Assembly: GCA_951406725.2 (NCBI GenBank) | Contig: OX597834.1 | Location: forward strand, 3,968,001 to 4,032,000 | Reading direction: 5' to 3' | Source: Octopus vulgaris | Lineage: Eukaryota | DNA: 64,000 nucleotides | The notes under the pieces: model-generated | What the model saw: only the letters and a program-made list of their open reading frames with translations | Databases searched by the model: none | What the model was told of the DNA's origin: nothing | Shown: positions 39,095 through 51,477 of the stretch, one piece after another | Layout: each line of letters opens with the position of its first letter | Position numbering within the stretch: the first letter of the stretch is position 1 | Translations under genes and position numbers: made by a program

Positions 39095-39197
39095 GATCAG
39101 ACTGGAGCCTGGTGCAGCCTCCTGGCTTTCCAGACCCTGGTCGAACTGTCCAATCCATGCTAGCATGGAAAACGGACGTTAAATGATGATGATGAAG
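39095..39197 (+). mobile_element. repeat family C tail inserted in (TA)n
   Basis: Family C 3' end with (TGA)n. Confidence 0.8.
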
Positions 39198-39222
39198 ATA
39201 TATATATATGTATGTATATATG

Positions 39223-39278
<56 letters not shown>

Positions 39279-39695
39279 GAGAGAGAGAAAGAGGCATAGT
39301 ATACCATGTTTAACGTAGAAAATTACGAAGATAAACTGCAGGTAATTTTGAAATACTTATAACTAAGTTTAGGTTTATTTCACACAAATTTTAATACAAT
39401 CTTTTATATATTTTCTTAAGCCTTTTCTACACCTGCAAGTCTACATTTAAATCTGAAAAATCAGGATGTATCACAGTTTGAGGTCATATATGGTAGTGAA
39501 TGTGTGAATGGAGATAGATTATTAAGAAAAAATATTCAATGCATAATATCATTTCAAGAAAATTTTCATACCAGTTTTGGATATATTCTGACAGATTTAA
39601 TCTTAACAGGAGCAGAATATACTAGAAATATTTCTCACTAAACCTTCAAGTTAAATAAAAGCAATAAAAATAGAGTTTATTTATTTATTTATTAA

Positions 39696-40766
39696 CCCTT
39701 TCGTTACAATATTTCTGACCAAAATACACCCCTTATGTGTTTCAATTAATTTCTAACGTAATCATAAATTTAGTCTGGTTTCATTAAACAACTATAACCT
39801 TTTTATTTATCAATATATTAACTTGAATTTTGGAAGATAATTTAATGAAATGTTCTCAACCAATTCTATACTATAATTTTTGTCACAAAGTGACTCTAAT
39901 TGCAGGTAGATACAGGTAAATTCAACAATATATAAAATTATTAAAATTTTGTTCAAACATCGCTATAGAAAATGGGTTATTAGCTAATATTCAATTGGGT
40001 ATACAACAAAATTTTACGATAGAATTTGTTATTCTGGGTAACTTTCTGATACCCATAATAATATTTATGGCAAAATAGGCCTTAATTTCATTTAAGGTTG
40101 TGGGAAATAACAAACTATCCTTTCTTTCGCTTTGTTTACGTTTAGCGTAACAGTTCGTTTCCGCCGTAATGATTTCAAATAGGCTCATTCGAAAAAGTAA
40201 AAAGAAATAGTTTAAGGCTTTACTCTTCTGGGAAAGTCTGTGGCTTGGTCCAGTTTCTTCAGAAAAATCACCGAAAGAAACAATTTTTAAATTTTCACTC
40301 CATTCAGGTGCCAATTCATTTTCTTTATTGCTGTCGGAGCTCTCGGATTCACTGTTTTCACTTTCAGAGAATGAAACATCAGATTCATTATCAAATACCA
40401 CATGCTTTTTTTTTCAGTCATAGAGTTAGATTTATGAAGGTCTTCAGTAGAAAATCCTTCGAATTCTGGCTCGCTGCTTGATATAATGAAATTCGTATCC
40501 ATTTTTTGTCAGAATTACAAATTTTGAAAACACAATAGGAACAAATTTCGGAAAAAAATCTCCCCATAATTCATGGAATTAAAATTACACTTTGATTTTT
40601 GTACAAAACTGTAGTTGAACTGTTTACGAAGTATAATACGTGTTTTCACGAATGTACTAAAGAGATTTGCTCTGATATTCTCATTTAAATATGAATAGGT
40701 AAATATGAATAGGTAAATTGGTCACATTAACCAAAATTTTTTTCGGGTGGTTTGGTAACGAAAGGG
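39696..40766 (-). mobile_element. internally deleted piggyBac transposon with an N-terminal transposase fragment
   Basis: TTAA|CCCTTTCGTTAC ... GTAACGAAAGGG|TTAA; ORF 39991-40401 has an acidic N-terminus and YFFLLF..IITAETNCYA..TTLNEIKAYFAINIIMGI; frameshift in an A run; no DDD domain. Confidence 0.92.
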
Positions 40767-40819
40767 TTAAAGCAGTATATTTCCCACCATAACCAAGAGA
40801 TCTGGCTATATGTGTTTTT

Positions 40820-41125
40820 AACTATTTAGCATTTGAATCACTTGATGTTAGGAAGGGCCTCAAACGGCAGAAACTGAGCCAAAAAGAAGACTGGAGCTTG
40901 GTGCCGCTCTCCAGCTCTGGTCAAACCATTTAACCTATACCAGCATGAAAAATGGACTATGATGATGATGATTGCTTCGAATTAATCAAGCATTATCTTG
41001 TAGCTTTGAGATTTTGATGATGTGATTGTTCACCCTACATTGTAGGGTAGGTGTAAGAAACTGGATTTGGCCAGTTTGAACATAAAACAAGTGGAATATT
41101 TTGGCCAGATATGCTGAAGGGTTAA
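40820..41125 (-). mobile_element. piggyBac-type MITE copy interrupted by a family C repeat (40846-40972)
   Basis: Reverse homology to 31176-31397; ends AAGGG|TTAA. Confidence 0.7.
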
Positions 41126-41342
41126 AGTAATAACTTTAATAACTTATTCTGTTGAGAGATTATGAAGAGCTACAAAAATGGAGAGAGAGTAAAAATAAGG
41201 TAGAACAACTCACTAACAATAACTTCTACAGTTTAGGTGTGTATTTCTAGTTTATATGTAAATAGGGTAGATTTGATATGATGGTAGGCAGTGATTTGTT
41301 ATAATTTATTTTAAATCTCTGAGTGAGGTATATACAGTAACA

Positions 41343-41651
41343 GTGGCAGTCCTATATAGGATGATGTTACTGTTGTTTTAGCCCCAGGAATTGTTTTTCT
41401 CTCTATGAGATCAGCAACTGTGTCGCTTATAGAATATATAGCATTTGCGAGTGGAGAAAGCTTTCATCACTAGCTTGTGATTATCTCATACTGAGGATGG
41501 GTAACCACCCAGAAACCTATGGGCTTGAGATGGGAGCGATGATCTCCTTTGCAAATTGCTATACGGACACAAAGTGTGTGTCGATAGCCAGCTGGAAGAG
41601 ATGCTTTCCTGGGGCTAAAACAACAGTAAGTGCCCTTTATAGGGCTGCCAC
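41343..41651. mobile_element. imperfect fold-back element with a central hammerhead motif
   Basis: Arms 41343-41390 and 41606-41651 are inverted, with weaker inverted homology continuing inward to about 41457/41543. Confidence 0.75.
41483..41531 (+). ncRNA. type I hammerhead motif with a mutated cleavage triplet
   Basis: ATCTCATA-CTGAGGA-TGGGT-AACC-ACCCA-GAAA-CC-TAT-GG-GC-TTGAGAT: stems I-III present, GUC reads GGC. Confidence 0.65.
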
Positions 41652-42059
41652 ATTCTGTTGGCATCTAAACATTACTGATTTGTTATTTAGGGTAAAATTC
41701 TTCAAGCAGAAGAGATTAAGGGTCTTTTTTTTTCCCCCTAACAAAAGACACTGGACCATGGCTGGTAATACACACAAGGAAAACTAAGCGATTGCCTAGG
41801 GTACTGAAATTTAGGGGCCCCACATAAGTTCAAAACAATTAAAATAGAAGTTCTTAAACTACAAAAAAATCACAGTACTAAAGAGAGCAGGGATGGTTAC
41901 CCTTGGAACAGAGTAGGATGGGGGGGGGGACAGGCTTGAGGAGGGAAAGGGAGGAGGAGGAGAGGGTTGTGTAGTATCTTGAACTACAGTTCTTGTTTGT
42001 AAGGTTTTTCAATTGCATTTTTCAGCTGGTGTAAAGATGATGATGGCAGAATTTCTAGA

Positions 42060-42355
42060 AACTGCAGGGCTGAGAGAAGTGGGTGCATGTTATCCAGCTG
42101 AGAGACGGGGAGCACATTGTAAGGGTAGAAGGGTGCGAACATGGGGGAGACGCGCACATTATAGAAGTCGGGGGTGGTGGATTGTAGGGCTTGGAGAAGG
42201 GAGGGGGGGGGCATTGTATAGTTGGGAAAAGGGGGCATGCACCGCAGAGCTAGGAAAAGGGGGAGCACACTATAGGGCTAGACGAAGGGAGTGGTAGGAG
42301 AAGGGGACACATTTTGTAGGGCTGGGAGAGGAGGGACGAATTGTAGAGCTGGCCT
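42060..42355 (+). repeat. degenerate G-rich minisatellite (about 28-30 bp unit) within a probable MITE (about 41770-42385)
   Basis: Recurrent GGGGAGCACATTGTAGGGCTGGGAGAAG-like units. Confidence 0.7.
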
Positions 42356-42700
42356 AGGGTGTTGAATATCCTGACACTGGCCCTACACAGACCAGAAGTT
42401 TTTTTACTCCATGTCATGTACCAATATACTTCAACTTTTATTGAATTAACTTCTGCTGATGCATAGTGCAAATAAGTTAACTTGAATTTAGTAATGTTAG
42501 GAATTGCTGGAACATGTTAATTACACTCAGTGTAGATATCAACTTCGAATAGTATAAATATTCGTTGGATTAAAGCAACCCAAGATTTGTGATAGGGAAA
42601 ATTGAAAAAAAAAAAAATTATTGATAAATAAATAGAAATTGATAATACCAGCTTCCAGCTGCTTTTTTTTAGCCAATTACAGCTTGGTAAATATCCTTAC

Positions 42701-42946
42701 CTTTGGAGATTCTTTCTGAACTCTTACTCCTTGGTGTGCTGGCTTTGGGTACTTCCAAGGGAACAAACCCAGGCAGCGTCCCGGCTAGACTGGCTGGGCG
42801 AGGTTTTCGAGGGGTTCGCATTTCTCGTGGCTTGACTGGAGCAGATGCTGATGGTGAGGACATGTGCAATCCTGTGGTACTTTTGGTCCGGTGAGGTGTA
42901 ACTGTAGCTAGAAAAGAGCGACGTTTTTCGGGGATGGTGTTGAGGG
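42701..42946 (-). CDS. MAP7: MAP7-family exon LNTIPEKRRSFLATVTPHRTKSTTGLHMSSPS...PRKPRPASLAG...ERISK
   Basis: ccccacag|CC ... AAG|gtaagg, 246 nt, phase 1-1, joins the 33289 exon as G|AT; alternative in-frame acceptors at 42907 and 42901. Confidence 0.85.
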
Positions 42947-43513
42947 CTGTGGGGCCGCCATAGGTGGTGGAAAAGAGAAAAATTTTAATTAAGGGTGTTC
43001 ATTGGAACTAATTTAGTTCACTTTTTTTTTTTTAATTCTTTTTAGTTTGTTTCTAACTGGTATAAGCGCTAGAAACTACACCAGCAGCCCTCCACCATCA
43101 GCAAGATTTTAGGGGTAAGAAGTACCGCCGAATAATTAGATGAATTTCCACTTTAAAAAAAGAAGCAGTGTTAATTGATTGTCGCTGAAATATTTCACTT
43201 TAAAGAAAAGGATGAAATATTCAACATTTTTGAGTAAAAGCAGAAAAAAGTGCAAAAAAGAAATTTATGCTACCAAAAGGAGAGGAGGAAAAGGAGATAT
43301 TATTTAGCTACAATTTGAACCCACAAAAAATTCTTCCAACAATCACCACCACCACTGTTGACCACTTTTACAATCAATAAATAAACAACAGATGCAAAAA
43401 CATAAATGATAAAAACAGTATATATATATACACACACATATATAGTATATGTATATATATATATATATATAATGTGTATGTATATATATATATATATGAT
43501 ATATAGTGTACAA

Positions 43514-43546
<33 letters not shown>

Positions 43547-43650
43547 TATACATAAGCACACAAACACGCATGTATGTATATGGAAAGACAACTATATACA
43601 AAAAGAAATAATGGTAATAAGTAAAAATGAAAAAATCGCAAATCACATAC

Positions 43651-43686
43651 ACATGCACTTCATTATAGAACGCCTCTGCGAAGCAG
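43651..43686 (-). CDS. MAP7: candidate 36-nt microexon ASQRRSIMKCM
   Basis: tttttattaatcacacag| ... |gtatgt, phase 1-1, no stop. Confidence 0.6.
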
Positions 43687-43724
43687 CTGTGTGATTAATA
43701 AAAAGGAGTAGTAGTAGCAGCAAC

Positions 43725-43790
43725 CGTGCCACGCCAATGGTCTCACAATATCTGCAGAATGCTCCGAATCGGTTAGAAAAGCTCTGCTGG
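43725..43790 (-). CDS. MAP7: candidate 66-nt cassette exon SRAFLTDSEHSADIVRPLAWH
   Basis: tgttctaaaacatcag| ... CG|gttgct (weak donor), phase 1-1, no stop. Confidence 0.4.
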
Positions 43791-44819
43791 CTGATGTTTT
43801 AGAACAACAATACGAGAAACTCAATGTTGGGAAGTTATAAAGTCCAGAGAAAGAAAAAGCGAAAAGAAGGAGCAAAGTATATATATTCAGGAGAGAGAAT
43901 TTCAATTCCTAGTGCGCATAGGGGTTAATGGATGGGTAGGAGAGAGAAGATGCTCTACAGTTGGTCATACATTGACATCTCTATTAGCTAATGACTGGTG
44001 CCCGTCAGGAAATTAAATTAATTTGAAACAAGAATAAAAAGTATAACATCAAGTCTAATAAGAGAATATGACTCATAAATATGACCTATATTTACTGTAA
44101 TTATTGCTAGAATTTACACGATAATGTTACCCAGTTACTGATGGAGATTTTCGCAAAATAAAGTGAGAAAACTCGAGGGTAGAGAGCAGAGAATAGGGAT
44201 CAGCTTAGATATTGTATTTTTTTTTACCATCCTTTGTTACTGCTGTTTTGAAGAATCATTCAATGTCTTATATAAATTTATTTTCAAAAGTACAAGACCC
44301 TGTTTTCTACTAAACTTTGAAGAAATATAAAATCTGCCAGCTACCTTAACCATTCATAGTTAATAATTACGGGGGTTTTTGTGTTTATTTTATAGTAAAA
44401 AAAAAAAAAAAAGTAGATTTGCTAAATATTCAAACACTTTCAGTGAAAGAAATTTCAGGATCAAAACCAGCTGTTTCAGTTCTTAGGAAATTTGAGAGTT
44501 TATATTTCAAAGAAGAACAGGAAAAGAGTTAGTGTGAAGTCTCAAAGTAACTGAAATGAAGAGTTTTCTAAACGAGAATCAAAGATAGAGATGATGCATA
44601 GAGAACATACCAAACAAACTGTGTTGACAATCATAATAAGCTTCCACAGGCATTAATTTAAACAAGAGCAAGATTAGAAGAGGAGAGAAATAGTCAACTG
44701 ATTTCACTTGTAATATATCAGATTTATTAGATTTTACTGGTTTCCCACCTTAATTAATCTGGTGCTTAATTATATCCGCAACAGTGAAAAGAAACCGAGT
44801 TTCCTTTACCATGAATTCT

Positions 44820-45251
44820 TTCTTTTATTCTTTTATTTGTTTCAGTCATTTGACTGTGGCCATGCTGGAGCACCACCTTTCTTCGAATAAATCAAACCGA
44901 GGACTTATTCTTTGTAAGTCTAATACTTATTCTACCAGTATCGTTTGCTGAACCACTAAGTTACGGGGATGTAAACACACCAGCATCGGTTGTCAAGCGA
45001 TGTTGTTGGGGGGGGACAAACACACACACAAACATATATATATACATATGTATGTATGTGTGTATGTATATATATATATATATATATATACTCTTTTACT
45101 TGTTTCAGACATTTGACTGTGGCCATGCTGGAGCACCGCCTTTAGTCAAGCAAATTGACCCCAGGACTTATTCTTTGTAAGCCTAGTACTTATTCTATCG
45201 GTCTCTTTTGCCGAACCACTAAGTTATGGGGATGTAAACACACCAGCATCA
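44820..45251 (-). mobile_element. two tandem 3' halves of SINE family B
   Basis: GACTGTGGCCATGCTGGAGCACC..GGACTTATTCTTTGTAAG occurs twice (about 44850 and 45115). Confidence 0.8.
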
Positions 45252-46182
45252 GTGTGTGTGTGTGTGTCCGTCTGTCTCATCCCTGTAAAACTAGAGTACA
45301 GATGGGACAGGAACTGGTAAGTTCAAGATATCCAACTTTCAAATGGTCAATCCAGCTATCTGAAGACTGGTAGCAAAAAATAGGAACAACTTGTTGCAGG
45401 CCACAGTAAAACTGATGTGTTTGTTATGCCTTGCACTGCAAAAATATCTTTGGATTGTCTAACTTGAAGAGCGAGTGATCTCCACAAAAAGTCATAAAAT
45501 TTTGATACTTAAACTTGTAAAGTCCCACTCATGCTTTCTCTTATCCAACATTAAAATCACAGAAAATAATAATTATCGTATGAAGTTTGCTTACATGGCA
45601 TAACGATCTATGGTGTACATTGTGAATGTAGGTTTTACCTGTTGCTGATCATTATTACCTATTAACATGTCACTTTAACCAGCCCAGGTAGGTTGAATAC
45701 AGGTAAGTTGATTACATGCAGGTGTATTCACATGTATTCCTATCAATTCCTAGACATTAGTTTCCTGTCTCAGACCTTGTGTAATTAGCATCAGAAAACA
45801 TACTCTGAGATGTGCCTGCATCCCTTCCAGAGATGCAATGAAGGTATTTGATTACTTATTCCTCATTTTTTTTTTGCTTTCTTCCCTCACCAATAAACCA
45901 ATAGATTTTCACGTTCAGTCAACAGACAGTTGTCATTTATAAGTAACGAAGTATAACCACACTCCTGGAAGAAGAAGAATTCAATTCTATTTCTTAGGTG
46001 GATTTTCATCAGAGTAACATTTTTGATTTTCAAAAAATTCTCTTCTGAGATTGGACACTATGTTATGATTTCCATCCCTGTGAGAAAAGTTGGAAAAAAA
46101 GAGAGCAGCTGTAATCCTTTTTCCTTATTGTAAAAGTCAGTTTGTTATATTCACTCAGTAGACAGTTGTCGTTTATAAGTAA

Positions 46183-46649
46183 CTAGCAGTATCGCCCGGC
46201 GTTGCGGTTTGTTTAGACCCTTTAGAATTGGAATTTTTGAAAAGTAAAAATTAGGCAGTATTTAGCTTGTTTATTCTCTTTAAGTGAAATACACCGAAAA
46301 ATGGCGACAATGTTTCCGGCGATTCGTTTTCATATCTTGATTTTTTAAAATTTTTCATGCAATTTATGCATGCTTGCACGCGTGGTGAACACAGATCACG
46401 TCAAACAGCTGACTGAGTAAAGTTCACTATTCAATGCATGGGATAAGGCCTAAACAAACACATTGTCGATTTTTGCACTTGCGAGATGAATTTCGGAACA
46501 GAAATAGCGCAGTTCAATTTTCATTCGCCTAAACTTTAAGTGACCCATTTTTGGTGGTTCTACGATTTGTTGGCTAGGAGGAGATGTGCCGGGAAGTTAA
46601 ACACACAGATACACACACAGACACACAAGTTGAGTTTTATATATATAGA
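46183..46649 (-). mobile_element. non-autonomous Helitron
   Basis: Minus strand A|TCTATATATATAAAA ... GCAACGCCGGGCG...CTAG|T: 5' TC, 3' hairpin plus CTAG, inserted at A-T with no TSD. Confidence 0.85.
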
Positions 46650-47042
46650 TTAAGTATATTCATAATGTGAAGAAGAACAAAAATTATCTCTTATTAGCAT
46701 CAATAGTGCCATGGTCCTTTGTATTGACAGTGGTCACCATTGAGAAATAGACAAAAGACAATGTATATTAAACACCTGCTCCACACACACGTGTATGCAC
46801 ACGTACACATGTATGTGTGTGTGTGTAAAAGTCAGAAACAACAGTCGAAAGCCACATTCATAATGACCACCAAACATCATTATACTGTATTAGCAAACTT
46901 CATCCAAATTAAGACAAAAGCTATATTTTTATGAATTCTTTAAAATGCTGAACGGATTGCATATCAAAAATTCTCTAAGAGGACTGGGAGATTTATGTAG
47001 AGAAAGCATTTTAACAAAGCTACCTAAACAGCTATTTTGATA

Positions 47043-47432
47043 CTCTTTTACTCTTTTACTTGTTTCAGTCATTTGACTGCGGCCATGCTGGAGCACCGCC
47101 TTTAGTCGAGCAAATCGACCCCGGGACTTATTCTTTGTAAGCCTAGTACTTATTCTATCGGTCTCTTTTGCCGAATCGCTAAGTGACGGAGACGTAAACA
47201 CACCAGCATGGGTTGTCAAGCAATGCTAGAGGGACAAACACAAACACACACACACACACGCATATATGTATATATACAATGGGCTTCTTTCAGTTTCCGT
47301 CTACCAAATCCACTCACAAGGCATTGGTCGGCCCGGGGCTATAGCAGAAGACACTTGCCTAAGGTTCCACGCAGTGGGACTGAACCTGGAACCATGTGGT
47401 TGGTTAACAAGATACTTACCACACAGCCACTC
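47043..47432 (-). mobile_element. SINE family B, near full length
   Basis: Near identical to 8349-8764. Confidence 0.85.
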
Positions 47433-48575
47433 ATTCAAAATACTTTTACATGAAGTAATCACTTAGAAATGTTTTAGGCTGGTTTTATAGTTGAAATATG
47501 CCCTATTTAATGGCACTACGAGTTACCAATCTTAAACTTGTTTCTATTTGCAGTTTCATGTAGAAAAACAAAATAAGGAAAAATTAAGCATTAAACAAAA
47601 ACAAATAAAAAATATATACATTTTGCTCTTACTTTCTGGACTTCAGAAATTCCCAAACAATAAAACATAGCATACAAGGAATACAGTTATTCGTATTAGT
47701 AACAGATGTTAGCTAAAGCAAAAACATGCAGCTTATGCTAAAAAATAAACGAGAAAATACAATAATCAAGATTAAATTTGAAAACAAAGTCGTCGTGTAC
47801 CACCTTCACCCTTGCATGTACATTTGTGCTGCAACAAATAGTTCACTTATTTTTGAACAATCAAGTAATTTTCAAACTGAATATAATCTATTCATAGCAA
47901 ATCAAAGATCAAGGAACTCAATTGTCCAATTCTTTCCTACAATTAACCGTTGTTATGATTAAAATTCCCTTTCATAATCTTTACTAAAACCTCTTCGATG
48001 TAGGTTAAATGATGAACCAATTTCTTTAAAATACAGTCCCGTTTTATTCACACTCCTCAAGCCTAAGAAAATTCTAAAATCTCAGGTTTGTTAAAAATAA
48101 AAATAAAACTAAATAAAAATAAGATTTAACTGGATGAAATACAACTTCATACCTACTGATAAAACGATAAAATTCCATCTACTCTAATGTCTCCAAGCCA
48201 AACTATACATCTACATCAAACATTTATACATGTGTGTGTATGTGTGCACGCTGTTTGAATCCCAGGTTTTAGAATATGAACAACATAAGCCTGTGTTATA
48301 AGGGGTGATTAAAAGGGTTAGCATCAGGGAAAGCAACCAATCATAAAAGTCCCAATTAACCAAAGCCAATTTGGGGTGAAGCAGATGTAAATGCTGATAT
48401 GATATTGTTTTTATGTTCAGTGAAAAGAAAAACAACCCTTACATTAATCTGATGGGTTACTCTATACTTTTGTAGGGTACAAATTTACTGTTCTTAAACA
48501 AGAATGTTATTGATAGGGGTTTCAAAGTTTCAGCCAGCTACTGCAATGCATCGAAGTTAAACTTCGAACCTTTGA

Positions 48576-48645
48576 GGTGGCAAGCTGGCAGAAACATTAG
48601 CACACCGGGCGAAATGCATAGCCGTATTTTGTCTGCCGTTACATT
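48576..48645 (+). mobile_element. SINE family A 5' head only
   Basis: GGTGGCAAGCTGGCAGAAACATTAGCACACCGGGCGAAATGC. Confidence 0.75.
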
Positions 48646-48952
48646 CAGTTTTAAAATGAAGTAGCATGAAACGATTGTACTACACTACCTTGGATATCCT
48701 TATTGCTTATTTTGATTATAATCACCCCATTTGATTTATATGGATCATACCATACAGAATTCTGGTACCTTTGACTTAAGTACCATATTCATCTGAATCT
48801 AAATTTTGCTGATCTTATATATATATATATATATATATATCATGTGACGTGACTGACCAGACCATCAGATGTTGTTACACATCGCTGGTCACAATGCGTT
48901 CGCATTGTTTTAGCCTTTGAATGACGCCACCCCGCTGGCTAAGCGAGCAGGC

Positions 48953-48996
<44 letters not shown>

Positions 48997-49304
48997 CATA
49001 TGTGTGTGTGTATTATATTATTTAGATATATGAAATAGTTTTTAAAAATATATACTGTATTAAATTTTAGTGTGAAGATTTAACGGCAATTTACCTGACA
49101 GGAAAAGAACTATGTATATTTGCTTTTCTACAGATGCCTGATATTTAATAAGTCATACACATACGCACACACACAACACACAAATGTGTGTGTGTGTGTG
49201 TGTGTGTGCACGCAAATATATACGCATTGAGTTTATATGTAAATTTTGAGTCATCACTCCATATGTAAATTAATAATTAATAAAACACATAAAAAGCATC
49301 CAGT

Positions 49305-49452
49305 TCACTGTATAAAGTGGTTGGTGTTAGGAAGGGCAACCAGCCACAGAAATCATACCAAAACAGACAACGGAACCTGGAGCAGGTTGCTAGCTCCTGT
49401 CAAACCATCCAATCCATGCCAGTAAGGAAAATGGATATATGATGATGATGAT
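49305..49452 (+). mobile_element. repeat family C, diverged
   Basis: GGTGTTAGGAAGGGCAACCAGC...(TGA)n. Confidence 0.7.
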
Positions 49453-49669
49453 ACAAGACAATTGTAAATGTCTGTCATGTTTATTCAACCTCACCACAGA
49501 CTGGAGAAGAGGGATCAAATGAATGTCGTTATCACTATACCTTCACCATTTGCCTAAATTTAGTTCGTAACATAAATCCATGCACCAACACTCGGATCTT
49601 TCAGTCGTGTCCCACCCGGAACTACTCTAATCGAAAGTCTTGTTTATATTTCTTTTAAAGGAAGTTATA

Positions 49670-50053
49670 CTCTTTTACTTGTTTCAGTCATTTGACTGCG
49701 GCCATGCTGGAGCACTGCCTTTAGTCGAGCAAATCGACCCCAGGACTTATTCTTTTGTAGGCCCAGTACTTATTCTATCGGTCTCTTTTGCCGAACCGCT
49801 AAGTAACAGGAATATAAGCACACCAGCATCGGTTGTCAAGCAATGCTAGGGGGACAAACACAGACACACAAACACATATATATATATATACGACAGGCTT
49901 CTTTCAGTTTCCGTCTACCAAATCCACTCACAAGGCATTGGTCGGCCCGGGGCTATAGCAGAAGACACTTGCCCAAGATGCCACGCAGTGGGACTGAACC
50001 CGGAGCCATGTGGTTGGTTAGCAAGCTACTTACCACACAGCCACTCCTGTGCC
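49670..50053 (-). mobile_element. SINE family B, full length
   Basis: Near identical to 8349-8764. Confidence 0.85.
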
Positions 50054-50519
50054 TATTGAAGTAATTTCAGAGAAAACTTCAATCCCATCCTCTTTTTTAT
50101 ATTCTGTAATATTTGCTGTTAAAACTGATGCGTGTGTTGTACAAATTTTGTGATTTGTTTTAGGAGGTTTTTTTTGGGGGGGGGGGGTATCAAAGATTTC
50201 ATGAATACCCAGATCATCTTTTTACTGAAAGGACAGAGCTTAATAGTAAATTTAATAATGAAAAAACTGCAATAAGGCCAGTAACTAATTGGTTGGTACT
50301 AATTGCATTTTGTCACTCCTATCTTTCTTTCTATTATCTTTTTCTCGTTTGTGCTAATTCATTATAATGTAATAAATTAACTATGACACATGCAACTTTT
50401 AAGACCAAATGACTATTCACACTATGAAGACAAAAAAAGTCTTCTCTTTAACGCTACCAATTTTCACAATAAGGTGACAAGTATATACACTGGAAGCCTA
50501 TGAATACCTAAATTTTCAA

Positions 50520-51477
50520 CAGGGTGTTAAAAGTTAACTGCTGCTGTTGTTATGGTCCTTCTTTTCCTGTCCGTTGTTTACGATTGTCTTCTGCATCCAG
50601 TAAATTTTAATTAATTCAAGCAATCTCAGCAGGTCAATGAATGCCGCTGCCCATCATCTCCATGTGTTAAGATCAATGCTTAGATGTGTGGTACCCAGAG
50701 ACATCAAGTAGAGATACAAGGTTATGAGAAGAGTGAAGTTCATGTCCAGTAACACCCAGGAGAACTGTGTCATCCGGTTGAACCCAAGTGCCTGTTGAAT
50801 AAACCCAAGCACCCCCGAGGAGTCCAACATGCTCGGATTCTCAGGTGAGAACTTTGTCCAAGATCAAAAAGGGAACAAGAGAAATAATGACTCTGTGCCA
50901 GCCCCGCTGAAGTCCCTACAGTTATACACACCAAGTTCCCATCATCTTTGATGGTCTGGGGGATCGTGAGCAACAAGGACCATGACATGCCCCCACTCAC
51001 GTTTTTGAGTAAGGTTTAGGGTCAATGTGGCAGCCTACATTGAGGCAATAGAAATGATTGTCAGGACCTGGATCAAGAGGCCTGTTCAGGAGGGACAGTA
51101 CATGTTCCAGCAAGACCCCACTCCCTCTGACACAGGAGTGGATGGTTCGAAAATTCTCACCATCATGTTTTCCCTGATATCTGGCTGCTTATCTCTCCTG
51201 ATCTACAGCCACAGGACTACTATGTCTAAAGTGTCACTGAAAGGGAGATCAACAAACACAGCCCACACATACCAAAGCCTCACTGATGTCTGTCATTGGT
51301 GATGGTATAATCAACAGGAATAAAGATCACCTGGTCAACACAGTCGTTTCAGAAGCTGTATTGAGGCTGACGGCAGTTTTACTGAATAGCCTTTTGCTAT
51401 GTGCATGTAAGAATGCGTGTACCAAATACTTATTTGCCTTTAATTAAATTTTGTTTTCAAACAACTGATGCACCCTG
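50520..51477 (+). mobile_element. degenerate Tc1/mariner-superfamily transposon
   Basis: CAGGGTG ... CACCCTG ends; transposase remnants KFPSSLMVWGIVS, YMFQQD and SPDL.P.DYYV. Confidence 0.8.

Noticed and set aside
43300-43694. Overlapping ORFs with YI/CV/HT repeats (also about 5600-6340, 35270-35680, 38400-38730, 52670-52890, 63365-63695)
   Set aside because: Translations of (TA)n and (CA)n microsatellites
45905-46183. Direct repeat GACAGTTGTC.TTTATAAGTAAC about 235 bp apart
   Set aside because: Only two short copies next to a Helitron end; no further structure seen
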